Shown here one piece after another: positions 18,974-28,124 of a DNA stretch of 59,912 nt; within the stretch, counting starts at the first letter, position 1, and each line of letters begins with the position of its first letter. Both the position numbers and the translations under genes were made by a program. The stretch lies in NCBI GenBank assembly GCA_031285625.1, contig JAITVV010000060.1, positions 1-59,912 of the forward strand. The letters are read 5' to 3'. The stretch comes from Prevotella sp. Lineage in GTDB: Bacteria; Bacteroidota; Bacteroidia; Bacteroidales; Dysgonomonadaceae. The notes under the pieces are model-generated. The model was not told where the DNA came from and did no database searches. It saw only the letters and a list, made by a program, of their open reading frames with translations.

Positions 18974-20653
18974 TTATTTTTTATCTCCAACCAAGACACC
19001 TGATATGCACCAATAACTCAGACTTGAACCTTCAGGATCACCTATCGGTATGGCTACTTTTAGCTGATGTTCTCCAGCCTTAACATCGCCAATGTGGATA
19101 AATACAGGGTAACTCACTGTGCCCGGGCACCAACCCGAACGGCTTAGATCAGAGGATGATAACCCGTTTGCAAAATTACCTGAAGCAGGATTTAACTCCC
19201 TGTAGCTACCGCAGTCTTCGCGCCAAGGGGTGTACGCTATTAATCGTGTCCCATCCATAAATATCTCGTTCAGTTTAGGGTTAAATTCATCCCCTCCGCC
19301 CCAACCGCCATGGCCGGTAGATATATAACGGATATATGCATCTTTGAGGTCAATATCAGTTTTAAAGTTCACGATAAGTGAGTCGTTGCGGAACAATCCT
19401 GCAGGATATGCCTGACCCGCCATTTCCATAATATTCGTTGTTGTGAATAATGGATATACCTCTTTTTCTGATCTATCGCCCATTGGGTAATATTTAATCT
19501 TCAATGAGATATTATGCCCATCTTTGGCGTAGTTGCCAATCCATGCTCCTACCCATACTTCGTTTTTCAATAATTTTGCATAATCGGTAATTTCCTGTTT
19601 AAAGACTACCGAATCAGGCCAGTTGTAATCAGCCACCTGGATATGGTTATAGCCTTTTACTCCGAATGAAGTATAAAAACGCATTAGCTCCAAAGGAGGA
19701 AGATAATCTGGTGTAACTGTTATTCCTTCATACGAGTCCCCATTTTTATCTTTATATTGAGGCAGTGCTTCTTTCCCTTTTAACAATCCATCAAAGAAAG
19801 TTTGCTTTTTATCAGTAGGAATAATGAAAATACTTCCTGTACGATCATATGCATCACCTTCTGAGTGCTGTGCGAGTTCTGCAAAAATGGAGTATTTTTT
19901 ATTATCCTCCGGTAGTTTTACTTTTTTAAGAACAATAGAACCATTTGCAAACTGCATTACCTCAGTATTATTCAATTGTGTTACTTTAGGTATATCTCTG
20001 AAATAAATACTTTGGTTACTAAATACATTATATGAAAGTACCTGACTCTGTTGTATCCGATAATTAAATGCCGGTGCAGAAAGGGCATCTCCTGTCAGGC
20101 TGGGTTTAAGGTTATAAGATTCGTTTATCAGTTCTATTTTTATTGCTTTTTCTTCCGATTGTCCATTTCTTATTACCTTCAGAACAACTCCATCCGGTAT
20201 CGCAACGCCAGGTTGCATTGAGCCTTTTACTCCGAGATTTGTAGTATACCATATTTCCATTGTATTCGAGTTAATCACGGTTTTAGCCTTCTTGCATAAA
20301 TACCCTGCTATTGTTTCTGTTTCAGGCAGAAATTCTAACTTGTCATTGATTGTAAACGTACGTGATGTGTAGAATTCATTTCCATTCTTTAATCTGGCTG
20401 TTTTTATCTCTTCATTTTTATTGAAATCCAAATAAGTACATTGTAGAGGAGTATCCGGATTTTCTTTTACATATTGGCGGCTAATTTTCACCCAATTATC
20501 TGATATCTCCATAATAGAATTCACTCCTTCATGAGCTTTTCCATTTACACTTGTTTCATAGGTAATACGTACTGTCTTAAAGTCTGTTTTGAGTTGAGCA
20601 CTCAATACAAAAATGGGAACAAATAACAAAAACAGGAATAAGTTTTTCTTCAT
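18974..20653 (-). CDS. Peptide-N-glycosidase F-II-like protein (GLPGLI-like N-terminal domain plus PNGase F domains)
   Basis: ETIAGYLCKKA...IWYT N-terminal domain; DAYDRTG, GHGGWGGGDEF and RSGWCPG motifs; signal peptide. Confidence 0.85.
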   Translation of the reverse strand: MKKNLFLFLLFVPIFVLSAQLKTDFKTVRITYETSVNGKAHEGVNSIMEISDNWVKISRQYVKENPDTPLQCTYLDFNKNEEIKTARLKNGNEFYTSRTFTINDKLEFLPETETIAGYLCKKAKTVINSNTMEIWYTTNLGVKGSMQPGVAIPDGVVLKVIRNGQSEEKAIKIELINESYNLKPSLTGDALSAPAFNYRIQQSQVLSYNVFSNQSIYFRDIPKVTQLNNTEVMQFANGSIVLKKVKLPEDNKKYSIFAELAQHSEGDAYDRTGSIFIIPTDKKQTFFDGLLKGKEALPQYKDKNGDSYEGITVTPDYLPPLELMRFYTSFGVKGYNHIQVADYNWPDSVVFKQEITDYAKLLKNEVWVGAWIGNYAKDGHNISLKIKYYPMGDRSEKEVYPLFTTTNIMEMAGQAYPAGLFRNDSLIVNFKTDIDLKDAYIRYISTGHGGWGGGDEFNPKLNEIFMDGTRLIAYTPWREDCGSYRELNPASGNFANGLSSSDLSRSGWCPGTVSYPVFIHIGDVKAGEHQLKVAIPIGDPEGSSLSYWCISGVLVGDKK

Positions 20654-20838
20654 CGAAGTGACATTTTAAAATAAAGGAATTCAAGATTGACATGCAAAAA
20701 TAACATATTCATTAGTTTTACGAAAAAATTTCAAACATTTAATTACTATTTGCCAAACCCATTAATATTTTCTCATATAAAGGCTTTTATATATATTTGT
20801 TCTTAATAACCATATAGGATTACTAAATATCAGGAATT

Positions 20839-21225
20839 ATGAAACACGCAATGATTGAAAAAGTCAATACGCTTTTTGATGCTGTAACGAAAGACGAACG
20901 CTGGAACATCAATGATGGGACTCTATTTGATGCGTTCGGTATGTCTTTGTATGGTTATGCATTTGGTTTTGGACGACTCATCTGTTTTCTTGAAGCAGAA
21001 GATATAAATACTATTATAGAAGAGAAACTTATCAGTCTCGGAGCAGGAGAAAAATATGTAAAAGGATTAGTCGATTATGCGTTTTCTACTTTTCAAACAC
21101 CAACCGAAGGAATACTGTCACAATTAATCAGTATAGGACATTCACATTTTGCAGACTCAAATATAACAGACTTAAAAGAACTGATATTCAAAAATGCAGA
21201 AATCCTGAAGAAAAATTATCCCTAA
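20839..21225 (+). CDS. Hypothetical protein (possible immunity-type protein)
   Basis: 128-aa helical ORF; family assignment is from impression only. Confidence 0.6.
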   Translation: MKHAMIEKVNTLFDAVTKDERWNINDGTLFDAFGMSLYGYAFGFGRLICFLEAEDINTIIEEKLISLGAGEKYVKGLVDYAFSTFQTPTEGILSQLISIGHSHFADSNITDLKELIFKNAEILKKNYP

Positions 21226-21240
21226 ATTTAATCAATTAAA

Positions 21241-22131
21241 ATGTATAAGTTCCGTAAACTTGTGGCAATCGAACCAATAAGTTTGATTTCTTCAGCAGAA
21301 AAAGCTCTGCATTCTTTCGCAGAGGAAGTGGTTATGTACGATAATATACCGGCAGAAGATGAAGAGATAGCTGTCCGTATAGGGGATGCAGATGCTGTAT
21401 TATTGAGTTATACTTCCCGCATAAACAGGTTGGTTATGGAGAAATGTCCGAATATCAAATATATAGGCATGTGCTGTTCATTATATTCTCCCGAAAGTGC
21501 GAATGTAGATATCCGCTACGCTAATGAAAGAGGCATAGTTGTAACTGGTATACGTGACTATGGAGATGAAGGCGTCGTTGAATATGTTATAAGTGAATTG
21601 GTATGTTGTCTCCACGGATTTGGACAAGAGCCCTGGGATGGAATGCCACGTGAGATTACCGGGCTGAAGGCTGGAATTATCGGACTTGGAAAATCAGGAG
21701 GTATGATTGCAGATGCTTTGAAGTTTTTTGGCGCTGAAATTGCTTATTTTTCACGGACAGAGAAACAGGAAGCAAAAGTAAAAGGGTATCGTTTTATACC
21801 TTTAGACGAACTTCTTGCTCAAAGTGAGATTATCTGTTGTTGCCTAAATAAAAACACAAAATTATTACACGAAAAAGAATTTGCTCAACTTGGCAATAAT
21901 AAAATATTATTCAATACAGGCTTATCTCCTGCATGGGACGAACCAGCCTTTACTAGCTGGTTAGATAGCAATAATCTATGCTTCTGCGATACAATAGGAG
22001 CTCTAGGTGGAACACATCTTCTTAGCCATCCACATGTTCGCTGTATGCAGGTATCCACAGGCCGTACGCGCCAGGCTTTTGATCGCTTAAGCGAAAAAGT
22101 ACTCGCCAATCTGTCAGAATACAATGGGTGA
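21241..22131 (+). CDS. D-2-hydroxyacid dehydrogenase-like NAD(P)-binding protein
   Basis: GIIGLGKSG Rossmann motif, NVDIRYANERGIVV and LDELLAQSEII. Confidence 0.8.
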   Translation: MYKFRKLVAIEPISLISSAEKALHSFAEEVVMYDNIPAEDEEIAVRIGDADAVLLSYTSRINRLVMEKCPNIKYIGMCCSLYSPESANVDIRYANERGIVVTGIRDYGDEGVVEYVISELVCCLHGFGQEPWDGMPREITGLKAGIIGLGKSGGMIADALKFFGAEIAYFSRTEKQEAKVKGYRFIPLDELLAQSEIICCCLNKNTKLLHEKEFAQLGNNKILFNTGLSPAWDEPAFTSWLDSNNLCFCDTIGALGGTHLLSHPHVRCMQVSTGRTRQAFDRLSEKVLANLSEYNG

Positions 22132-22902
22132 AGCAATATTAATCAAGGTACTTACTACTGACCACCCTGCAATTTCTGGAGTAGCACTGTAGACATCTAC
22201 AACAGCATGAACCTGATCGTTTTTTATCTCAACCCTCTGAGTATCTCCCATAAAACCGGGTGTAGATTGCATAGTTACATGCATATCTTCAGGTCCGACG
22301 GATGCTAATGAGGCAGCTACTGATACATTTAGCCCGGTAGGGAATACGGCTATGGCTTCCCTTGCTGTTCCAGAAAATACAATACGCTTCTCAGTTTCCA
22401 ATATTGGGTCATATACTGCCGAACGTCTCAAACGATCATTTCCTTTCTCATTAAAAAATGCGGCAGATGCATTCCCCATCAATGTAGCTGTTCTCAACAC
22501 ATCAAAACCTCCTGTAGCGCCGGATGCGATATATACACGTGTACCATTCTCTTTAGCCATCTTTTTTACTTCCTCATAAAAGGGTGTATCGGCAAAAGCT
22601 CCTATCGACAATGTCACAATCGAGGTTCCATTCTTCAGTGTAGGCAGAGCCAATTCCTTCATAGCGGCAGGAGACGCAGTTTCCACCAGATAGTCAGGCT
22701 TCAGGGCTAATAAGCCATCTAAGGTTATACACGCTGCGCATTGTTTTCCGTATCGTTCCATCTTTGACACTATATATTCCATCTTTGAAGTTGTACGGGA
22801 ATAAACACCAACTAAATCATAATCAGGTAGCAACCCATTAATAACAGCATTCACAACAATGTCTGCAAGATGCCCGCATCCAAAAATCACTAACTTTTTC
22901 AT
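22114..22902 (-). CDS. Aspartate dehydrogenase-like (DUF108/NadX family) protein
   Basis: GCGHLA, ASGATGGFD and F.GTAREAI..FP...NVSVAASLA motifs. Confidence 0.8.
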   Translation of the reverse strand: MKKLVIFGCGHLADIVVNAVINGLLPDYDLVGVYSRTTSKMEYIVSKMERYGKQCAACITLDGLLALKPDYLVETASPAAMKELALPTLKNGTSIVTLSIGAFADTPFYEEVKKMAKENGTRVYIASGATGGFDVLRTATLMGNASAAFFNEKGNDRLRRSAVYDPILETEKRIVFSGTAREAIAVFPTGLNVSVAASLASVGPEDMHVTMQSTPGFMGDTQRVEIKNDQVHAVVDVYSATPEIAGWSVVSTLINIASPIVF

Positions 22903-22956
22903 ATTGGCAAAGATAGCCTTTATTATCAGATAAAATATTTAAACTTTCCCAACCAG

Positions 22957-23661
22957 TTACTTTATGCCTCCGAAGGCGCCAAAACACATATTCTTATGCA
23001 ATATCTCCACGTTTCTAAATCCAACCTTTTTCATCAGATCCAACTGGTAGTTTATCGACCTCGGTGTATCTTCTTTTTCAATATAATCCAAAACCTTATG
23101 CCTATACTCCTCACCTCCTATCTCTTGTAAATAATCACCATACTTCTCGCGGATATAATCATTCAGCATTTCAGTATCCTGTGCAACTAAGTCCGAAATC
23201 ATCAGACAACCTCCCAATCTCAGCAACCTAAAAAGTTTTCCAAATGTAGTTTTCCAATCCTTATCATCCCTCAAATGATGCAAAACTGCTCCTGCAAGTA
23301 TAATATCATACTGATTTTCCTCTAATTCAATATCTCTGATATCTCCTTGAAGAATAGTTACATTCCCTGTTTCTTTAATAACTCTTTGGTATGCCCTATC
23401 AAGCATTGGTTTACTAAGATCTACCAAGGTGCAGTTCAAATCCGGTATCTTAGTAAGCATCATCAATGAATAATTTCCAGCTCCACAACCTACATCCAAT
23501 AAATGAGTGGCATGAGGTATGATTCTTCTGGCTGACTCTGTTATAAGCTCCAAAGATATTTTGGCATCAATTGTAGAAACCTGCCCTGTATCCAAATTCG
23601 AAAACCGTTCTACATCATTATCAAATCTTTCCTTAATTTCCTCAACTGTTGATTTTTTCAT
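22957..23661 (-). CDS. Class I SAM-dependent methyltransferase
   Basis: LLDVGCGAG, VDLS and AVLHHL motifs. Confidence 0.88.
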   Translation of the reverse strand: MKKSTVEEIKERFDNDVERFSNLDTGQVSTIDAKISLELITESARRIIPHATHLLDVGCGAGNYSLMMLTKIPDLNCTLVDLSKPMLDRAYQRVIKETGNVTILQGDIRDIELEENQYDIILAGAVLHHLRDDKDWKTTFGKLFRLLRLGGCLMISDLVAQDTEMLNDYIREKYGDYLQEIGGEEYRHKVLDYIEKEDTPRSINYQLDLMKKVGFRNVEILHKNMCFGAFGGIK

Positions 23662-23916
23662 TTTGCATCAATTTACATTTTACGAAGCAAAGGTAGTAAT
23701 AGTCGCAAGAAATCTTCTCCGATCCATTTTATAGCTCTGTTTCATTCTGATAATAATATACTATTCGAACGTCATATCAGATAATACTCAAAACCAGATA
23801 TCTTTAAAAACTCTAAAGCGGGTTTACAATTCCGTTTTTCTTTGTACTTTTGCCAGCCAGAGATGCTTTTGATATAAAGCATCTTATACTTAATAACATA
23901 CTAAAAATATATTTCT

Positions 23917-25287
23917 ATGAACAACGAGCAAGGACTGGACTTTAAATCCACGACTTCAAACGAAGAGAAAAAACTGTTCATCGAAACCTATGGCTGTCAA
24001 ATGAATGTGGCAGACAGTGAGGTTGTTGCATCTGTAATGCAGATGGATGGTTACACCATGACAGATAAGCTGGAAGATGCCGATGCTGTTTTTGTAAACA
24101 CATGCTCGATACGTGATAATGCTGAACAACGTGTTATCCAACGTCTCGACTATTTTAATGCCATAAGAAAAAAGAAAAAACCGAATATGATCATCGGTGT
24201 TCTGGGGTGTATGGCCGAACGGGTGAAAGAAGAACTACATACAAAACATCAGGTAGATGTTGTAGTTGGTCCTGATGCTTACCTAGACTTACCAAATCTG
24301 GTAGGAGCAGCTGAAAGCGGCGAAAAGGCAATCAATGTACAATTATCAAAAACAGAAACTTATAAAGATGTAATTCCCCTGCGTATTGGAGGGAATCATA
24401 TCTCAGGTTTTATCTCCATTATGCGCGGTTGCGATAAGGTCTGTTCGTATTGTATTGTACCCTATACCAGAGGTCGTGAACGCAGCCGTATACCACAGAG
24501 TATTTTGAATGAAGTAGCCGATTTGAGAGATAAAGGCTTTAAAGAAGTGACTTTATTGGGACAGAATGTGAACTCGTATCGCTATGAGAACGAAGACGGT
24601 ACAATAGTTGATTTTCCTAAACTACTCGAAATTGTAGCACTTGAGGCCCCTAAAATGCGTGTGCGCTTCACCACATCATATCCTACAGATATGACAGACG
24701 AAACACTGAAAGTAATTGCTAAGTATGATAATCTATGCAAATTCATTCATTTGCCTGTACAGTCCGGAAGTAGCCGTATGCTCGGGGTTATGAAGCGTAA
24801 GTATGATAGGGAATGGTACCTGAATCGTATTGAGGCGATTAAACGTATTATTCCGGGCTGTGGGCTTTCGACCGATATTATGTGCGGCTTTCATTCCGAA
24901 ACAGAAGAAGACCAGGAAGAAACCCTTTCTCTTATGCGCGAGGTAGGATTTGATTCTGCTTTCATGTTTAAGTATTCCGAACGCCCTGGAACATATGCCG
25001 CAAGAAAATTGGAAGATGATATTCCTGATGATATAAAAGTAAAAAGGCTACAGGAAATTATTGAGTTACAGAATGAATGTTCATTGGAGAGCAATAAAAA
25101 AGATATTGGAAAAACCTTTGAAGTTCTTGTAGAAGGATTCTCAAAGCGTTCGAAAGAACAGCTCTTTGGACGTACATCACAAAATAAGGTTGTAATTTTT
25201 GATAAAGGTAGTCATAGGATTGGCGACTTTGTTACCGTCCGCATAACAGGAAATACATCTGCTACTTTATTTGGAGAAGCCATCTGA
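23917..25287 (+). CDS. miaB: tRNA-2-methylthio-N6-dimethylallyladenosine synthase
   Basis: TYGCQMNVADSE, radical SAM CDKVCSYC, C-terminal TRAM domain. Confidence 0.96.
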   Translation: MNNEQGLDFKSTTSNEEKKLFIETYGCQMNVADSEVVASVMQMDGYTMTDKLEDADAVFVNTCSIRDNAEQRVIQRLDYFNAIRKKKKPNMIIGVLGCMAERVKEELHTKHQVDVVVGPDAYLDLPNLVGAAESGEKAINVQLSKTETYKDVIPLRIGGNHISGFISIMRGCDKVCSYCIVPYTRGRERSRIPQSILNEVADLRDKGFKEVTLLGQNVNSYRYENEDGTIVDFPKLLEIVALEAPKMRVRFTTSYPTDMTDETLKVIAKYDNLCKFIHLPVQSGSSRMLGVMKRKYDREWYLNRIEAIKRIIPGCGLSTDIMCGFHSETEEDQEETLSLMREVGFDSAFMFKYSERPGTYAARKLEDDIPDDIKVKRLQEIIELQNECSLESNKKDIGKTFEVLVEGFSKRSKEQLFGRTSQNKVVIFDKGSHRIGDFVTVRITGNTSATLFGEAI

Positions 25288-25492
25288 TATATTTAGAGAT
25301 AGAATTTTGGATAAAATAATTCTTGATTTTTCAAAAAATAGCTATATTAGATGTCCATTTGAAGAAGCAAAAGTGTTAATTTAAGCCTTTACTAAGTGAT
25401 TTTAATTTAAAAAAAGATTTTTTGATAAATTTTAAGACAGCTTTGTGCGTTATAAGGAAAAGAAAAAGAATTAATCTATTAAAATAAACATT

Positions 25493-25696
25493 ATGAATAA
25501 AACTGGTTCGAACTTATTATTCTTGGCTATAGGTGCTGCGTTGGGAGCAGCTGTTGGCTATGTTGCTGCCTCTGATAAGAAAGAGGAGTGGTTGAAGGAT
25601 ATAAACAGTCTGGTAGACAAAGTAAAAGGAAATGTAAGACACGCAGCCGGAAAAGGAAGAGAAAGAATCGAAGAATTAAAGAATGATGTTGAATAA
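25493..25696 (+). CDS. YtxH-like small membrane protein
   Basis: LAIGAALGAAVGY hydrophobic N-terminus with a charged tail. Confidence 0.7.
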   Translation: MNKTGSNLLFLAIGAALGAAVGYVAASDKKEEWLKDINSLVDKVKGNVRHAAGKGRERIEELKNDVE

Positions 25697-26063
25697 TTCG
25701 GAAGAAGAAAAAGACTTAAATACTTTAATTGAAGAAATTAAGTTAGAGCTATTAAGCTATATCAACAGACGTGTCCGGTTATTTAAACTGGATGCTTTTG
25801 AGAAGGCGAGTATTTCTGCCTCCGGTCTGGGATATGTCTTAATAGTTCTGGCTATTGTAGCTGTTATTTTGTTCTTCTTGCTTATTGGTATGGCTTTCTT
25901 TGTTGGCGAGCTTTTAAACAGCCTGGCTGCGGGATTTGGAATCATGGCTCTATTTTCACTGTTTGTTTTATTGATAATTGTTTTATGCCGAAAGCTGATC
26001 AAGAGATCGATATTGCATACTACAATTAAATTTATCCGTAAAGTAGAAGCCGATGAAGACTAA
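25683..26063 (+). CDS. Two-TM holin-superfamily/YqjE-like membrane protein
   Basis: Two TM helices after LFKLDAFEK; overlaps both neighbours. Confidence 0.7.
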   Translation: MMLNNSEEEKDLNTLIEEIKLELLSYINRRVRLFKLDAFEKASISASGLGYVLIVLAIVAVILFFLLIGMAFFVGELLNSLAAGFGIMALFSLFVLLIIVLCRKLIKRSILHTTIKFIRKVEADED

Positions 26064-26415
26064 ATTAACTCCATTAGAAGAACTACGCCAGGAAAAAGAG
26101 ATTGTAAGGCGTGAATGTGCTGAAAGTGAAGAACGTTTAGCCGGACATTGGGTATATCTGTCCGATAATGCCGGGTCTCTTTTGTTTCAAAGTGCATTAA
26201 ATGCAGTATTAAAGAAATTTGGTTTTGGAGGAACGTCTTCTAAAAGTAAGAAAGAAGAGGAAGTATCAACTTCAAATAACCTGTTAGCCGGATTAACAGC
26301 TTACTATCCGGTAATATGGGATTTAGTTCAGCCACTCATCTGGCGATTTGTAGTAAAAAAAATAAAGTCAATCTTTTCGGGGAAGAAAAAGAAACGAAAA
26401 AATGACGATGATTAG
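26053..26415 (+). CDS. Hypothetical protein
   Basis: 120 aa; coiled N-terminus and basic C-terminus; translationally coupled to the upstream gene. Confidence 0.7.
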   Translation: MKTKLTPLEELRQEKEIVRRECAESEERLAGHWVYLSDNAGSLLFQSALNAVLKKFGFGGTSSKSKKEEEVSTSNNLLAGLTAYYPVIWDLVQPLIWRFVVKKIKSIFSGKKKKRKNDDD

Positions 26416-26424
26416 ATAAAGAAC

Positions 26425-26459
26425 AAAAACAAGAAAGTAATATGCTTTCTTGTTTTTTT
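26425..26459 (+). terminator. Intrinsic terminator
   Basis: AAAAACAAGAAAG-taatatg-CTTTCTTGTTTTT. Confidence 0.7.
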
Positions 26460-26472
26460 ATAGATTACTCAT

Positions 26473-27447
26473 ATGTATTTCGATAGCCCGCAAGAGATAC
26501 AATCCCGAATGAACCTCCATGGAAAAGAAGGGAAGCCATTCTTCTTTGCTCTGAATTTTGAAATGACTGAAGGTATTTTTATAGAAGATCCATTGAATCA
26601 GTCTGATATATTATTTCAGTTTGGTAATAAGTCTAATTCTAAAATATCTGTAAGAAATTTGGAGAGTATTAACTTTAGCTATACTCCACTTTCGTTATCT
26701 GAATATAAAGAGAAATTTGATATTGTACATGATGGCTTACGAAAAGGATACTCTTATTTAACAAATCTTACGGTGAAAACTCCGGTATATTCTGATATTT
26801 CACTCGAGGATATATTTTATCAAAGTAATGCATCTTATAAAATTTTATTACCTCAGCATTTCGTTTGTTTCTCTCCAGAACGTTTTGTAAAGATATCGGG
26901 TAAAACAATTTCGACAAATCCGATGAAGGGGACTATTGATGCTACCAAACCTAACGCAGAGGAGCAAATCCTGAATGATTTTAAAGAGACAGCAGAACAC
27001 AATACAATAGTAGATCTCCTTCGTAACGATCTAAGTATTATAGCCGATAGTGTGAGAGTAAACAGGTTCAGATATATAGATCGTATTACTACAAATAAAA
27101 CCGATATATTGCAGATTAGCTCTGAAATAACCGGTACATTGCGTAATAATTATCAGAACTTCGGAGATATTATCTTTGGGATGCTTCCCGCAGGTTCTGT
27201 GTCAGGGGCTCCGAAATGTGCTACTATGGATATTATCAGGCAGGCTGAAAACATTCCCAGAGGATATTATACCGGAGTTTGCGGATATTATGATGGAAAA
27301 GACCTGGATTCTGCCGTCATGATCCGGTATATAGAGCAGGAGAATAATCAATATTATTTTAGGAGCGGAGGTGGAATAACGGCCTATAGCAATTGTGAAA
27401 GTGAATATAGAGAAGTATTAGAAAAGATTTATTTGCCAATAAAATGA
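26473..27447 (+). CDS. pabB: Aminodeoxychorismate synthase component I
   Basis: SPERFV, PMKGT, IVDLLRNDLS, PAGSVSGAPK and GGGIT motifs. Confidence 0.9.
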   Translation: MYFDSPQEIQSRMNLHGKEGKPFFFALNFEMTEGIFIEDPLNQSDILFQFGNKSNSKISVRNLESINFSYTPLSLSEYKEKFDIVHDGLRKGYSYLTNLTVKTPVYSDISLEDIFYQSNASYKILLPQHFVCFSPERFVKISGKTISTNPMKGTIDATKPNAEEQILNDFKETAEHNTIVDLLRNDLSIIADSVRVNRFRYIDRITTNKTDILQISSEITGTLRNNYQNFGDIIFGMLPAGSVSGAPKCATMDIIRQAENIPRGYYTGVCGYYDGKDLDSAVMIRYIEQENNQYYFRSGGGITAYSNCESEYREVLEKIYLPIK

Positions 27448-28040
27448 AACCATATTTTACAGAAGCAATTAAAGTGTATGATGGTGTGTTTATTAATCCA
27501 TCACCACATATTGACAGGATGAACCACACTATGCAAACCTTCTTTGATGTGACCTATCCAATTAGTTTGCAGAATGAGGATATTCCAATAGAATACAAGA
27601 TCGGATTGGTAAAATGCCGCATTATTTATTCCAGTGAGTATATCAAATTTGAATATCAGAAGTATACGTTCAGGCAGATAAATAATCTGAAACTAGTATA
27701 TAACGATATGCTCGATTACTCCTTTAAATATGCAGACAGAACAGAATGGAATGCTTTACTAGAACAAAAAACCGGATGCGATGATATATTAATTGTGAAA
27801 AATGGATATATAACTGATACTTCATTCAGCAATGTTGTTTTCGAAAATGAGACAGGACTCTTTACCCCTTCTACATATTTATTAGCTGGCACTAAACGGC
27901 AGTCTTTATTACAAAAGGGCATTATTAAAGAAGCTGAAATCAGTATAGAAAATATCGGGCTTTATTCGAAGCTTTATTTAATTAATACGATGATCGATAT
28001 AGAGGATAATCTTTGTATTGATACATCATTACTGATTTAG
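27444..28040 (+). CDS. pabC: 4-amino-4-deoxychorismate lyase (class IV aminotransferase-like)
   Basis: HIDRM, ITDTSFSNV and LLAGTKR motifs; coupled to pabB. Confidence 0.8.
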   Translation: MKPYFTEAIKVYDGVFINPSPHIDRMNHTMQTFFDVTYPISLQNEDIPIEYKIGLVKCRIIYSSEYIKFEYQKYTFRQINNLKLVYNDMLDYSFKYADRTEWNALLEQKTGCDDILIVKNGYITDTSFSNVVFENETGLFTPSTYLLAGTKRQSLLQKGIIKEAEISIENIGLYSKLYLINTMIDIEDNLCIDTSLLI

Positions 28041-28071
28041 GATTTTCATTTTAGCAGATACAAGACAAAAC

Positions 28072-28103
28072 AAGGGCGATTGACATAAAGCCCAATCACC
28101 CTT
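28072..28103. terminator. Hairpin terminator between convergent pabC and clpB
   Basis: AAGGGCGATTG...CAATCACCCTT. Confidence 0.55.
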
Positions 28104-28124
28104 AATATATTATTTCACAGACCT

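Noticed and set aside
17920-23700. Integrative island at tRNA-Ser
   Set aside because: No integrase, and I found no duplicated tRNA 3' end (att site); it is only an accessory-looking cluster.
25683-26063. Holin-like gene as evidence of a prophage
   Set aside because: No phage genes nearby; the context is a small chromosomal membrane-protein operon.
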